From Spirochaetia bacterium (lineage in GTDB: Bacteria > Spirochaetota > Spirochaetia > SZUA-6 > Bin103): a stretch of DNA of 64,000 nt. Of the stretch, positions 9,110 through 18,523 are shown in pieces (the first letter of the stretch is position 1; every line of letters begins with the position of its first letter). The stretch covers positions 128,001 through 192,000 of the forward strand of contig CBDBDQ010000005.1 of NCBI GenBank assembly GCA_965203905.1, read 5' to 3'. A program made the position numbers and the translations under genes. The notes under the pieces were generated by a model. That model saw only the letters and a list, made by a program, of their open reading frames with translations. It was not told the DNA's origin and searched no databases.

Positions 9110-10144
9110 ATGAGTACCCCACGCTACAAGGCGGCGCTGATCGGCTGCGGCAGTCGCAGCCATTCACACGTGCGCTCCTACGAGCACGTGGAGGATGCAG
9201 TGATGACCGCCTGCTGCGACCTGATCGAGAAGCGCCGCAGCGGACACGCCAGCGAGTACGGCCTGACTCCGTACGCCGACGCGGCGCAGATGATCGAGCG
9301 GGAGAAGCCCGACATCGTCCACGTCGTCACCCAGCCGGCGGACCGGGCGGCGCTCATGCACCTGGTGGCGGAGCTGGGCGTGCCGGCGGCGGTGGTGGAG
9401 AAGCCGCTGGCGGCCGGGGTTGCCGACTGGCGCTCCCTGGTGGAGCTGGAGCGCCGCTGCAGCACCAGGTTCACGGTGAGCCACCAGTTCCGTTGGCACG
9501 TCGATCTGACCCGCTGCCGGACGGCGCTGGAGTCGGGGCGCCTGGGCGCGGTCAAGTTCCTGGAGACCTCGTGCGGGATGAACATCTCCAATCAGGGGAC
9601 CCACGCCCTCAACTACCTGATGTCGCTCAACCGCGACGCTCGTGTCCGAATGGTGTTCGGCTCCGCCAGCGGGCTGAGCGGCAGCGATCCCACCCATCCC
9701 GCGCCCGACACCACCATCGGCTACCTGCTGTTCGAGAACGGGGTGCGTGGCATGTGGAACACCGGCACCACGGCGCCGCTGATCGGCGATCCCGAAACTG
9801 TCCACCAGCACGTCCGGGTGGCGGCGTATGCCGAGCGCGGGCGGGTGCTCTACGAGGAGTTCCGCGACTGGGAGATCGCCGGCCCCGACGGCATCGAGCG
9901 CGGCACCGCGGGCGACACCTGGCGCGCCAACAACCTGCTGGCGCAGGCCGCCCTGACCCGCGCCACGCTGGACTGGGTGGAGGACCCTGCCGCGCTCCCC
10001 GGCACCAACCTCGACCAGTCGCTGCACGAGTACCGGACCGTGCTCGCGCTGTACGCCAGCATGCTGCAGCGGCGCCCGATCGAGTTGGCGTCCTTCGAGC
10101 CGGACGACGACCTGTTCGAGCAGCTTGACGCGGCACTGAGTTGA
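9110..10144 (+). CDS. Gfo/Idh/MocA family oxidoreductase
   Basis: ALIGCGSRS, VVEKP, NQGTH; ATG preceded by TAGGGT plus 7 nt. Confidence 0.9.
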   Translation: MSTPRYKAALIGCGSRSHSHVRSYEHVEDAVMTACCDLIEKRRSGHASEYGLTPYADAAQMIEREKPDIVHVVTQPADRAALMHLVAELGVPAAVVEKPLAAGVADWRSLVELERRCSTRFTVSHQFRWHVDLTRCRTALESGRLGAVKFLETSCGMNISNQGTHALNYLMSLNRDARVRMVFGSASGLSGSDPTHPAPDTTIGYLLFENGVRGMWNTGTTAPLIGDPETVHQHVRVAAYAERGRVLYEEFRDWEIAGPDGIERGTAGDTWRANNLLAQAALTRATLDWVEDPAALPGTNLDQSLHEYRTVLALYASMLQRRPIELASFEPDDDLFEQLDAALS

Positions 10145-10148
10145 CCGC

Positions 10149-10940
10149 GTGAGCAGCGCTGACAGCGCCGCGGCGGCGCTGCCTCCCGGTGCCGGGTCGC
10201 AGGGGGCCGCGCCGCTCCCGGAGCGTGACCTGCGCGTGGTGCTGGTGCGTCCGGAGGAGGGCCGCAACGTCGGCGCCGCCTGCCGCGCCGCCAAGACCAT
10301 GGGCATCGAGAATCTCGTCCTGGTGCAGCCCGGGGAGATCGACTGGCGCGAGGCGCGGATCATCGCCGTGCACGCGGCGGACGTCCTGCAGCACGCGGTG
10401 GTCTGCAGCAGCGTCGCGGAGGCGGTGCAGGGCTGTACCCTCGCGGCCGCGGTCACCCGCCGTGACGGCAAGCGCCGCAAGTATCGCATCTGGACCGCCG
10501 AGCAACTCGGACAGCGGCTGGCGGCGCGGCGGCCGGGTCGCGTCGCGCTCGTGTTCGGCAACGAGAAGAACGGCCTCTCCGATGTGGAGATGGAGCCCTG
10601 CCAAGTGGCCGTCGCAATCCCCTCCTCGCCCCGGTTTCCCTCGCTGAACCTGTCGCACGCGGTCCAGATCGTGGCCTACGAGGTATACAAGCACGGCCGT
10701 CTGGCAAGGCGCGCGCGCCCGCGCCAGCGCTCCGTCGGCGCCGAACGCGTGGCACGCATGGCGGAGCCGCTGACCTGCGCCCTGGCCGAGGTGGGGTTCT
10801 TCAGCAGCTCCGGCGCGCGCAGCGTGCAGCGTTTCCTCACCGACATCCTGACCCGCGCCGACCTGGTGGACCGCGAGGCGCAGCGGCTGGAGCGGATCCT
10901 GCACAACGTCGGCGGGGTGGTGCTGCGCACCAGGCGCTGA
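10149..10940 (+). CDS. TrmJ/LasT-family SPOUT RNA methyltransferase
   Basis: VVLVRPEEGRNVGAACRA, VFGNEKNGLS, SLNLSHAV. Confidence 0.9.
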   Translation: MSSADSAAAALPPGAGSQGAAPLPERDLRVVLVRPEEGRNVGAACRAAKTMGIENLVLVQPGEIDWREARIIAVHAADVLQHAVVCSSVAEAVQGCTLAAAVTRRDGKRRKYRIWTAEQLGQRLAARRPGRVALVFGNEKNGLSDVEMEPCQVAVAIPSSPRFPSLNLSHAVQIVAYEVYKHGRLARRARPRQRSVGAERVARMAEPLTCALAEVGFFSSSGARSVQRFLTDILTRADLVDREAQRLERILHNVGGVVLRTRR

Positions 10941-11014
10941 TTCGGGCACGGCTCGGCGCGCCGCCGGCCGCTATCTGGCCGCGGCGCCCTCCGCCGGCTT
11001 ACCATGGGGCCGTT

Positions 11015-11899
11015 ATGGTGCGACTCGGTAGTGTGATCATGGGCGAACGCGAGGGCGACGCGGCGGTGGGCGCGGCGCATGGCTCGGACGTCGCCGACGT
11101 CTACGCCCTGGCGCGGGCCCACCGCGACCGCGGCCTGAGCGCCGCCTACTGTCCCAAGGTGGCGGTGGACGACCACGAGCGGATGCGCGACATCCGCGAT
11201 GCGTTTGCCGGCGAGGGCGTTCTGCTGGCCGAGGTGGGCGGCTGGCGCAACATGCTGCACCCGGACGCCGCCGAGGCGCGGCGCGAGCGGCAGCGCATGG
11301 CCGAGTACCTGGCCATAGCCGACGAGGTGGGGGCGCTCTGCGCCATCACCTGCATCGGCTCGCCCGGCGGCCCGGGCCAGGGCTCCCACGACGCCTTCAA
11401 CTTCACGCCGGATGCCTTCGACGCCGCGGTGGAGAACGCGCGCTGGCTGATCGACACGGTCAAGCCCAAGCGCACTCGCTTCGTGTACGAGATCTATCCC
11501 TTCAGCGTCGCCGACTCACCGAGCAACATCCGGCGCCTGCTGGACGCCGTCGACCGGACCCAGTTCGCCGCCCACATGGACCTGGTGAACCTGGTGAACT
11601 GCCCGCGGCTGTACTACGACAACGCCGCCCTGGCGCACGAGTGCGTGCGCCTGTTCGGCGACCGCATCGTCTCCGCCCATGCCAAGGACCTGGCGATGCA
11701 GGAGGAAGTCAGCGTGATCATGCACGAAGTCCGGCCCGGCCTCGGAAACATCGACTACGGCGCCTACCTGCGGGTGCTCCACGAGCTGCCGCAGGTGGTG
11801 CCGCTGATGCTGGAGCACCTGCACACCCAGCAAGAGTATGACCTCGGGGCCGACCACATTCGCGGAGTAGCCGCCGCCGAAGAGATTCCGCTCGCCTGA
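11015..11899 (+). CDS. Sugar-phosphate isomerase/epimerase (AP endonuclease 2 TIM barrel)
   Basis: Metal-binding pattern E...D.VN...HAKD...EH; GLGNIDY. Confidence 0.88.
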   Translation: MVRLGSVIMGEREGDAAVGAAHGSDVADVYALARAHRDRGLSAAYCPKVAVDDHERMRDIRDAFAGEGVLLAEVGGWRNMLHPDAAEARRERQRMAEYLAIADEVGALCAITCIGSPGGPGQGSHDAFNFTPDAFDAAVENARWLIDTVKPKRTRFVYEIYPFSVADSPSNIRRLLDAVDRTQFAAHMDLVNLVNCPRLYYDNAALAHECVRLFGDRIVSAHAKDLAMQEEVSVIMHEVRPGLGNIDYGAYLRVLHELPQVVPLMLEHLHTQQEYDLGADHIRGVAAAEEIPLA

Positions 11900-11909
11900 C
11901 GGCGCCTCC

Positions 11910-13256
11910 CTATTCGGAAGCCCAGATGTTGGCGAAGCGCACGGGAGAAGCGTCGGCCTGCAGCCGCAGCGGGCCCTTGCTCTGCCACGCCTCCGGCAAC
12001 TCGACGAAGCCGCGCGGCGTCGGCTCACTCACCGCGACCTCGTGGTGGATACGGCTGCCGTTGAGCCATGCCGAGATGCGCCCGCCGTCACCTTCGGGGG
12101 TGTACTCCACCTCCAGTTCCTGCCACGCTCCCGGCGCACCGGCGGCGTCGACATCCGGCGCCTTGAGCCCGTTCAGCGCTCCGCACCGGTACTCGGGCGC
12201 CGACTCCGGCGCCGGCCCGCGCAGTTCTATCTCGTAACGGCCGGAGATAAACACGCCACCGGTGCCGCGCAGCGTCCCCGGCACCCACTCCGGCTCCCGT
12301 GGCAGCTGGAAGTCCAGGTGCAGGCGATGCGCGCCGAACCGCGCTTCGCTGTAGATGTCGCCGTAGCCCGGCACCGCGGTCAGCACGCTGCCGGCGGCGG
12401 ACCAGCGGGCGGCGTCGAAGCGCTGGCCGCCCGCGGTGCTCTCGGCACGCCGGTCGAGCCGCATACCCGGCGGTTGCCGTCCGGGATCCCAGTGCCGCCA
12501 GCCCTGCAGCGGCGCGCCCGTGAACAGCACCGTGGCGCTGTGCGGCGGCCGCCGCGGTGGCGGCGGCAGGGCACCGGCAGCGGTCTCCCCCGCGGCCGCC
12601 TCGGCGGCGCCTTCGTCCAGGCACCAGGCGATGGCATTGCGCACGAGTTGGGTGAACATCGGCACTTCGAAATGCTCGGCGCTGCCCAGCGAGGTGAAGA
12701 ACACGCGCGAACTCGGGGTGTAGCGGTTGATCCACGACACCGGCTCCGCCGGCAGCTCGGCGGTCTTGCCGAACATGAGCGGACTGGCGGTGTCGGCCAG
12801 CGGCACGGCGTTGTAGGTGCCGCCGTAGCCCATCTCCGTGACCCGTGGCAGGTCGCGCACGATCGGGTGCGAGGAAGCCGCGGGGTAGGTTACGGCCAAC
12901 TGGCCCTGCGGGTTGGGCGCGTGGCTCATGTAGTGGCCGCCGAAGTAGTCCGGACACCAGCCGCGGGCGTTGCTGAAGGCGTGACTGGTGGTGCGCAGGC
13001 CCACGGCCGGCCGCCCGGACGCGAACCAGTCGTGCAACTGCCGGAGCTGTTCCGGCGTCGGGTTGCGGAAGCGGACCGCCATCACCAGCAACGCGGCGTC
13101 CGCCAGCCCGCTGAGGTCGAGGGGATCGGCCTCCACCCCGACGCTCAGTACCGCCTCATATCCCAGCTCCCCGGCTACCTGCTCGGCGAAGGGCGGTATG
13201 GTGCGCGCGGAGTGATACTCATCCTCGCCCACCAGAAAGAAGATCTTCTTGCTCAT
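11910..13256 (-). CDS. ThuA-like domain fused to DUF1080 (3-keto-disaccharide hydrolase-like)
   Basis: N-terminal GEDEYHS, GLRTTSHAF and RVFFTSLG; C-terminal LF.G..L.GW, LHLDF, GPLRLQ..PVRFANIW. Confidence 0.82.
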   Translation of the reverse strand: MSKKIFFLVGEDEYHSARTIPPFAEQVAGELGYEAVLSVGVEADPLDLSGLADAALLVMAVRFRNPTPEQLRQLHDWFASGRPAVGLRTTSHAFSNARGWCPDYFGGHYMSHAPNPQGQLAVTYPAASSHPIVRDLPRVTEMGYGGTYNAVPLADTASPLMFGKTAELPAEPVSWINRYTPSSRVFFTSLGSAEHFEVPMFTQLVRNAIAWCLDEGAAEAAAGETAAGALPPPPRRPPHSATVLFTGAPLQGWRHWDPGRQPPGMRLDRRAESTAGGQRFDAARWSAAGSVLTAVPGYGDIYSEARFGAHRLHLDFQLPREPEWVPGTLRGTGGVFISGRYEIELRGPAPESAPEYRCGALNGLKAPDVDAAGAPGAWQELEVEYTPEGDGGRISAWLNGSRIHHEVAVSEPTPRGFVELPEAWQSKGPLRLQADASPVRFANIWASE

Positions 13257-13687
13257 GTACCTGTGCTCGCTTGGTAGAGGGCATCTGCCACCTCCGGCAC
13301 CGCGGCAGGACGCCCGGCGCGGAGACTTGCCCCATGGAATACTCCCGTAACTATACGCCTTCGGTCGGGCAAAAGAAAAATGGACTGCCGGAACAGGAAG
13401 CGAATCGCACCCTTGCGCTCCACATCCAGCGTCACCACGAAGCGGTCCCCGCTGCGCAGCGGGTGGTGATAGTCGAGCTCCGCGCGCACCACCACCAGGT
13501 CGATGCCGCGCCGGTGCAGGGCCGCAAAGTCGATGCCCAGTTGCAGCAGAAACTCGTGGCGGGTGTGCTCGAAGTAATGCTGGTAGACCGCGTTGTTGAC
13601 GATCTGCTGCAGATCGCACTCATAGTCGCGCACCTTCATTTCCAGGCTGAACAGGGGGCCGCCACCGTTGTCGACCGCTTCAGGCAT
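13253..13687 (-). CDS. Acyl-CoA thioesterase (YbgC/FadM hot-dog fold)
   Basis: VRDYECDLQQIVNNAVYQHYFEHTR. Confidence 0.92.
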   Translation of the reverse strand: MPEAVDNGGGPLFSLEMKVRDYECDLQQIVNNAVYQHYFEHTRHEFLLQLGIDFAALHRRGIDLVVVRAELDYHHPLRSGDRFVVTLDVERKGAIRFLFRQSIFLLPDRRRIVTGVFHGASLRAGRPAAVPEVADALYQASTGT

Positions 13688-13708
13688 GCTGTCGCTCCAG
13701 GCCGCCGC

Positions 13709-14842
13709 TCAACTCGGTACGCGCTCTGCCGGCGGGCCGCACGCGGCGTCGATCATGGAGCGGTAGACCGCCACCGCACGGCGCAGCTCGGGCACGGCGA
13801 TCCACTCGCCCTCGGTGTGCGCCTGGGCTATGTTGCCCGGGCCGAGCACCACCAGCTCCAGGTCGTTCATGAAGGCAAACGCGTCGGTGCCGAACCCGAC
13901 CGTCTCGGCCCGCTCCGCACCGGTGGCCTGAAGGGCGAGCTGCACGACCCGGCTCTCCGGCGGCACCCGAAACGCTGCCCCTATCACCCCTTCGAACTGC
14001 AGACCGTGGCGCTCCGCCTTCTCCCGGATGATGGCCAGCAGGTCTTCGCTGCGGTCGTCCGGCATGGGGCGGAAGGCCAGCGTGCACACCGTGCGCGCGG
14101 CGGTGACGTTGGGGCGCGTGCGGCCGTCGTCGATGGTTACGTTGAGGCAGTTGTGGGGCGGTGAGAACTCGCGGTTGAGGAACGACTCGTCGTGCTGGAT
14201 CTCGCGCGCGAGCTGCGCCATCTCGGCCAGAAACGGGGCGATCAGAAAGGTGGCGTTGATCCCCTTGCCGGTGCTGCTGTGAGCCGCACGGCCACGGGCG
14301 GTGACGACCGCGCGCGCACCACCCTTGTGGGCGTAGACCGGGATCAGCCGGGTCGGCTCGGCGACCACCCCCAGCGTCGGGCCGCGGTACAGGCGGGAGT
14401 TGGCCACCACGTGCAGCGCGCCGCGCCCGGACACCTCCTCGTCCGCGGTTACCACGACGTAGACGGGACGACTGAGGGACTCCGCAGCCGGAGCCGCCGC
14501 CGCTTCGATGGTCGCCGCCAGCGGGCCCTTCATGTCGCAACTCCCCAGACCGATCAGCCGATCGCCCTCACGCCGCGGGGTGAACGCCTCGGATGCCCAG
14601 CTGTCGCCGGGTACGGTGTCGCTGTGGGAGAACAGACCAATGCCGCCCTCGCCGCTGCCGCGGCGGCCCACCAAGTTGACCTTGCGCACGCCGTCCGGAT
14701 CGTCGTACTCCAGACGCTCCACCTCGAACCCGGCCCCCTCCAGCACCTCGTGCAGCAGGTTGCTGACGGCCACGTTGCTGTGCCGGCTCACCGAGTCGAT
14801 GGCTACGAGTTGTTGCGCCAGTTCCAGCGCGTCTACTGACAT
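13709..14842 (-). CDS. argE: Acetylornithine deacetylase-like M20 metallopeptidase
   Basis: HSDTVP, GLGSCDMKG, ADEE, VAEPT, AHSS, GPGNIAQAH. Confidence 0.8.
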   Translation of the reverse strand: MSVDALELAQQLVAIDSVSRHSNVAVSNLLHEVLEGAGFEVERLEYDDPDGVRKVNLVGRRGSGEGGIGLFSHSDTVPGDSWASEAFTPRREGDRLIGLGSCDMKGPLAATIEAAAAPAAESLSRPVYVVVTADEEVSGRGALHVVANSRLYRGPTLGVVAEPTRLIPVYAHKGGARAVVTARGRAAHSSTGKGINATFLIAPFLAEMAQLAREIQHDESFLNREFSPPHNCLNVTIDDGRTRPNVTAARTVCTLAFRPMPDDRSEDLLAIIREKAERHGLQFEGVIGAAFRVPPESRVVQLALQATGAERAETVGFGTDAFAFMNDLELVVLGPGNIAQAHTEGEWIAVPELRRAVAVYRSMIDAACGPPAERVPS

Positions 14843-14845
14843 GGA

Positions 14846-15304
14846 TTACGCGCTGAACGGTGCGTACTTGCGCTGTACCTTCTCGGTGACTTCGCCAATG
14901 TCGTAGCCGGTGGAATAGAGCCAGTGCCTGGCACCCTGCTCGGAAACGTAGGCGAATTCCTTGGCCAACGCGCGACTCGCGCCGGCGGCCCCCTTGGTGG
15001 TGTACAGATCGTCCACGTAGGCGGCGAACGACCCGTGCTCACCCGCAATGTCGGCCATGGCGCGGGCGTTGGTCACCACCGCCGCCAACTTGGCGCGGTA
15101 CTTGATGACCCGGTCGTCCCCGGCGATACGATCGACGTCGTCCGGGGACAGCGCCGCCACGGCGGCTACGTCGAAGTTGGAGAATACCTGGCGAAAGCCG
15201 GCCCACTTGCCGTCCACCACCTGGCGGTTGAGACCGCCCATGAAGATGATGCGCGCGGCAGCTTCAAGGTAGCCCGCGTCGGTGTCCGGTTTGGGAGGAT
15301 GCAT
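14846..15304 (-). CDS. DNA-3-methyladenine glycosylase I (Tag)-like protein, short form
   Basis: YLE...IF.GGL...V..KW.GFR..F..FD...VA, IKYRAKL.AV..NAR. Confidence 0.75.
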   Translation of the reverse strand: MHPPKPDTDAGYLEAAARIIFMGGLNRQVVDGKWAGFRQVFSNFDVAAVAALSPDDVDRIAGDDRVIKYRAKLAAVVTNARAMADIAGEHGSFAAYVDDLYTTKGAAGASRALAKEFAYVSEQGARHWLYSTGYDIGEVTEKVQRKYAPFSA

Positions 15305-15380
15305 GGTCGCAGCTTACGCTATCGGCGGTCCGCTTCCAACGGCCGCCCTGTGCTGCCTGTGCCGCCGGCGGAGGGCCGGG

Positions 15381-16445
15381 TCAGGTGCCGGGCACGGGTA
15401 CCAGGCAGACCGGCGCCGGCACCGACGCGCCGTGTCCGGTGGGCTGCAGCGTACCGCGGGCAGGGTCGACCCGGAAGGTAACGATGTTGTCGGTCGACTG
15501 GTTGGCGGCCAACAGCAGCGACCCTGACGGATCGAGCGTGAAGTTGCGCGGCGTGCGCCCCCGGGTCGACTCGTGGCCGACCGGATCGAGCCGGCCGTCG
15601 CCGCCCACGGCGAAGATGGCGATGCTGTCGTGGCCGCGGTTGGAGCCGTACACGAAACGGCCGTTGGGATGCACGTGGATATCGGCGCAGTGATTGGTGC
15701 CGGCGAAGTCATCCGGCAGCGTGGAAACCGTATCTATCTCGGTCAGGCCACCGTCGCCGGCGTCGTAGGCAAGCGCGGTGATACTGGAACCGAGCTCGTT
15801 GATTACATACGCGACCCGGCCGCGCGGGTGGAAGGTGAAGTGGCGCGGGCCGACTCCCGGCGCCATCACGACGCTGCCGGCGGCGGTCAGCGTGCCCGCC
15901 TCGAGATCGATGCGGTAGATCACGATGCGGTCGATGCCGAGGTCGGGGACGTACAGGTAGTTGCCGTCCGGCGAGAGGTTCACCGAGTGGGGATGCGGCT
16001 CCTGCTGCCGCTCCGGGTTCACGCTGCTGCCCTCGTGGTGGAGCGTTGTCAGCGGTTCGCTCAGAGCCCCATCGGCCTCGCACCGATACATGGTCAGCGC
16101 GCCTCCCGCGTAGTTCGCCGTAAACGCCAGGGCGCCGCTCGGGTGGAGCGCCACGTGGCACGGGCCGGCGGCGCCGGTGAGCTGCTTTCCCAGCAGCGCC
16201 AGGGCGCCGTCGCCCTGTACGCGAAAGGCGGCGGTGGCGCCCTGCGGTGCACCGCCGAGATCGCTTACCTCGCTCACGGCGTACAGGAAGTCTCGCGTCG
16301 GACTCAGGGCGAGGAACGCGGGATTGTCCGCCCGCGCCGCCACGCCCTGCACGGTGAACTCCCCGGAGGCGACGTCGAGCTCCGCCTGATAGATCCCCTC
16401 GCTGCCGGTAGCGCCGCGAGTGTAGGTCCCCACATAGACACGCAT
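15381..16445 (-). CDS. pgl: 6-phosphogluconolactonase (lactonase beta-propeller)
   Basis: YVGTYT, GPCHV, ANYAGG, RQQEPHPH, DLGID, GPRH, SNRGHD, TPRNF. Confidence 0.92.
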   Translation of the reverse strand: MRVYVGTYTRGATGSEGIYQAELDVASGEFTVQGVAARADNPAFLALSPTRDFLYAVSEVSDLGGAPQGATAAFRVQGDGALALLGKQLTGAAGPCHVALHPSGALAFTANYAGGALTMYRCEADGALSEPLTTLHHEGSSVNPERQQEPHPHSVNLSPDGNYLYVPDLGIDRIVIYRIDLEAGTLTAAGSVVMAPGVGPRHFTFHPRGRVAYVINELGSSITALAYDAGDGGLTEIDTVSTLPDDFAGTNHCADIHVHPNGRFVYGSNRGHDSIAIFAVGGDGRLDPVGHESTRGRTPRNFTLDPSGSLLLAANQSTDNIVTFRVDPARGTLQPTGHGASVPAPVCLVPVPGT

Positions 16446-16572
16446 GGAGCGAGTCTACGACAGGTGAGGCTGCGCGAACAGCGGTACGGCCGGCGGCGAG
16501 GCTCGGTCGCCGTGAAGTCGGTCGGGTGGAGACATTGACAGACGCCGCGCCGGTATGCGATCTGAGTCGCCC

Positions 16573-17439
16573 ATGACCACCCGTACCGGCAATTTCCCCA
16601 TTGGCTTCTACGTGAAACAGCTCACCTGGAAGAGCGACCTGCTGGCCGTGGCCCGCTGGGCGACCGACAACGGCTTCGAGTTCCTGGACCTGGACGAGGA
16701 TGCGGACGAGACGGCGCAACTCCTCACCGGCGCCGGCTTCGCCATCGGCGCCGCCGACCTGATTGGCCGCGAGCAGATCACCTCCGCGGACCCGGCCAAC
16801 CGCCGCGACGGCGTGCAGCGGGCCGGACAGTACATTCGGGCTGCTGCCGCAGGCGGCGCCAGGATCTTCAACATCTGCGGCATCCCCGAGGACCCTTCCC
16901 TGCCGCGGAGCGAGAACCTGGAACGCTTCGTGGCCTCGCTGCGCGAGCTGGTGCCGGTGTTCGAGGAGACTGGCTCCTGCCTGGCGATCGAGGGCTGGCC
17001 GGGACCGGGAGCGGTCGCCTCCACCCCGGAGTCGTACCGGGCGGTGATTGACGGCTGCGAGTCCGCCACCATCGGCATCAACTACGATCCGTCGCACCTG
17101 ATCGCCACCGGCATCGATCCGATTCGCTTCGTGCAGGAGTTCGCCGCCGACGTGCGCCACGCCCACGGCAAGGACACCGAGATCTCGGCCGAGGCACAGT
17201 ACCAGTACGGCACCCGCCAGCCGCCGCTCGCCAAGCAGCCGGGGTTCGGCGACAATCACTGGCGCTACACCATTCCCGGCCACGGCGAGATGCGCTGGAC
17301 GGTCGCCTTCGAGGTGCTGCGCGACGCCGGCTACCGCGGCGGCATCGCCATCGAGCTGGAGGACAAGCACTTCAACGGCAGCGAGGAGGGCGAGAAAGCC
17401 GGCCTGCGGGCCGGCGGCGCGCTGCTGGCCTCGGTATAA
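16573..17439 (+). CDS. Sugar-phosphate isomerase/epimerase (xylose isomerase-like TIM barrel)
   Basis: AIEGWPG, NYDPSHL, HAHGKD, WRYTIPGHG, IELED; alternative start at 16555. Confidence 0.88.
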   Translation: MTTRTGNFPIGFYVKQLTWKSDLLAVARWATDNGFEFLDLDEDADETAQLLTGAGFAIGAADLIGREQITSADPANRRDGVQRAGQYIRAAAAGGARIFNICGIPEDPSLPRSENLERFVASLRELVPVFEETGSCLAIEGWPGPGAVASTPESYRAVIDGCESATIGINYDPSHLIATGIDPIRFVQEFAADVRHAHGKDTEISAEAQYQYGTRQPPLAKQPGFGDNHWRYTIPGHGEMRWTVAFEVLRDAGYRGGIAIELEDKHFNGSEEGEKAGLRAGGALLASV

Positions 17440-17450
17440 GCTGAAGCGTC

Positions 17451-18155
17451 CTATGGCAGGGCGGCGCGCTGGATCTGCAGCAGTTCGCGGATACCGCCGG
17501 CTGCCAGGTCCAGCAGCGCATCCAGCTGTGCGCGCGAGAACGGCACGCCCTCGGCGGTACCCTGTACCTCGACGAATGCGCCGCGATCGGTCATTGCAAC
17601 GTTGAGGTCCACCTCCGCGTTGCGATCCTCCTCGTAGCAGAGATCGAGCAGGGCCGCGTCGCCTACCACGCCGGCACTCACGGCGGCCACGGTGCCGCCC
17701 AGCGGATCCGCCTCGAGCAGGCCCGCCGTGCGCAAGCGGTGGACGGCGTGGTGCACGGCCACGCAGGCGCCCGTGATGGAGGCCACGCGCGTACCACCGT
17801 CGGCCTGCAGCACGTCGCAGTCCACCAGCAGGGTGCGCTCGCCGAGGAGCTGCAGGTCGACCACCGCGCGCAGGGCGCGGCCGATCAGGCGCTGGATCTC
17901 CTGCGTGCGGCCCCGTGGCCGCGTCTCGCGCGCGTTGCGGGTGGTGGTGGCACGCGGCAGCATGCGGTACTCGGCGGTGAGCCAGCCGCTACCGCGGCCC
18001 GCCAGGAACGGCGGCACTCCCTCCTCGACGCTGACCGCGCACAGCACGCGGGTGTCGCCGCAGTCGATCAACGCCGAGGCGTCCGCGAACTTCTGCACGT
18101 CGACGGTGATGCAGGTCGGCCGCAGTTGCTCGGGACGGCGACCGTCCGCGCGCAC
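17451..18155 (-). CDS. rph: Ribonuclease PH
   Basis: [42 protein letters not shown]. Confidence 0.97.
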   Translation of the reverse strand: MRADGRRPEQLRPTCITVDVQKFADASALIDCGDTRVLCAVSVEEGVPPFLAGRGSGWLTAEYRMLPRATTTRNARETRPRGRTQEIQRLIGRALRAVVDLQLLGERTLLVDCDVLQADGGTRVASITGACVAVHHAVHRLRTAGLLEADPLGGTVAAVSAGVVGDAALLDLCYEEDRNAEVDLNVAMTDRGAFVEVQGTAEGVPFSRAQLDALLDLAAGGIRELLQIQRAALP

Positions 18156-18158
18156 CGG

Positions 18159-18521
18159 CTACGACTCCAGACGGCTCACGAAGTAGGCCCAGCCCACCCG
18201 GCGCCGCTCGTCGACATTGAGGCGGGCCGCCTCCGCGGCGCCGGCGTTGCGCTGCAGGAACTCGTCCGCGAGGGCGAGTTGCCGTTCCCCATCCATCGCG
18301 CGCCACTCCTCCTCGCGGGCTTCGCGCTGGTCGCCGTCCATCACGCCGATCACGTCCTGCGCCCGGCCAAACCACTTGTCCAGGTCGAAGCGCGGCTCCG
18401 GAGCGGCGGCGCCGTTCGCATCCGCGCGCTGCTGCGGTTTCTGGCTGAAGCGCTTGAACACCACCCAGACGATGATGAAACCGATGCACAGCAAGACAAT
18501 GGTGGTTCTGTCCATCTCCAT
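18159..18521 (-). CDS. Hypothetical protein with N-terminal membrane anchor
   Basis: Hydrophobic IVLLCIGFIIVWVVF; packed 2-3 nt from both co-oriented neighbours. Confidence 0.7.
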   Translation of the reverse strand: MEMDRTTIVLLCIGFIIVWVVFKRFSQKPQQRADANGAAAPEPRFDLDKWFGRAQDVIGVMDGDQREAREEEWRAMDGERQLALADEFLQRNAGAAEAARLNVDERRRVGWAYFVSRLES

Positions 18522-18523
18522 GA

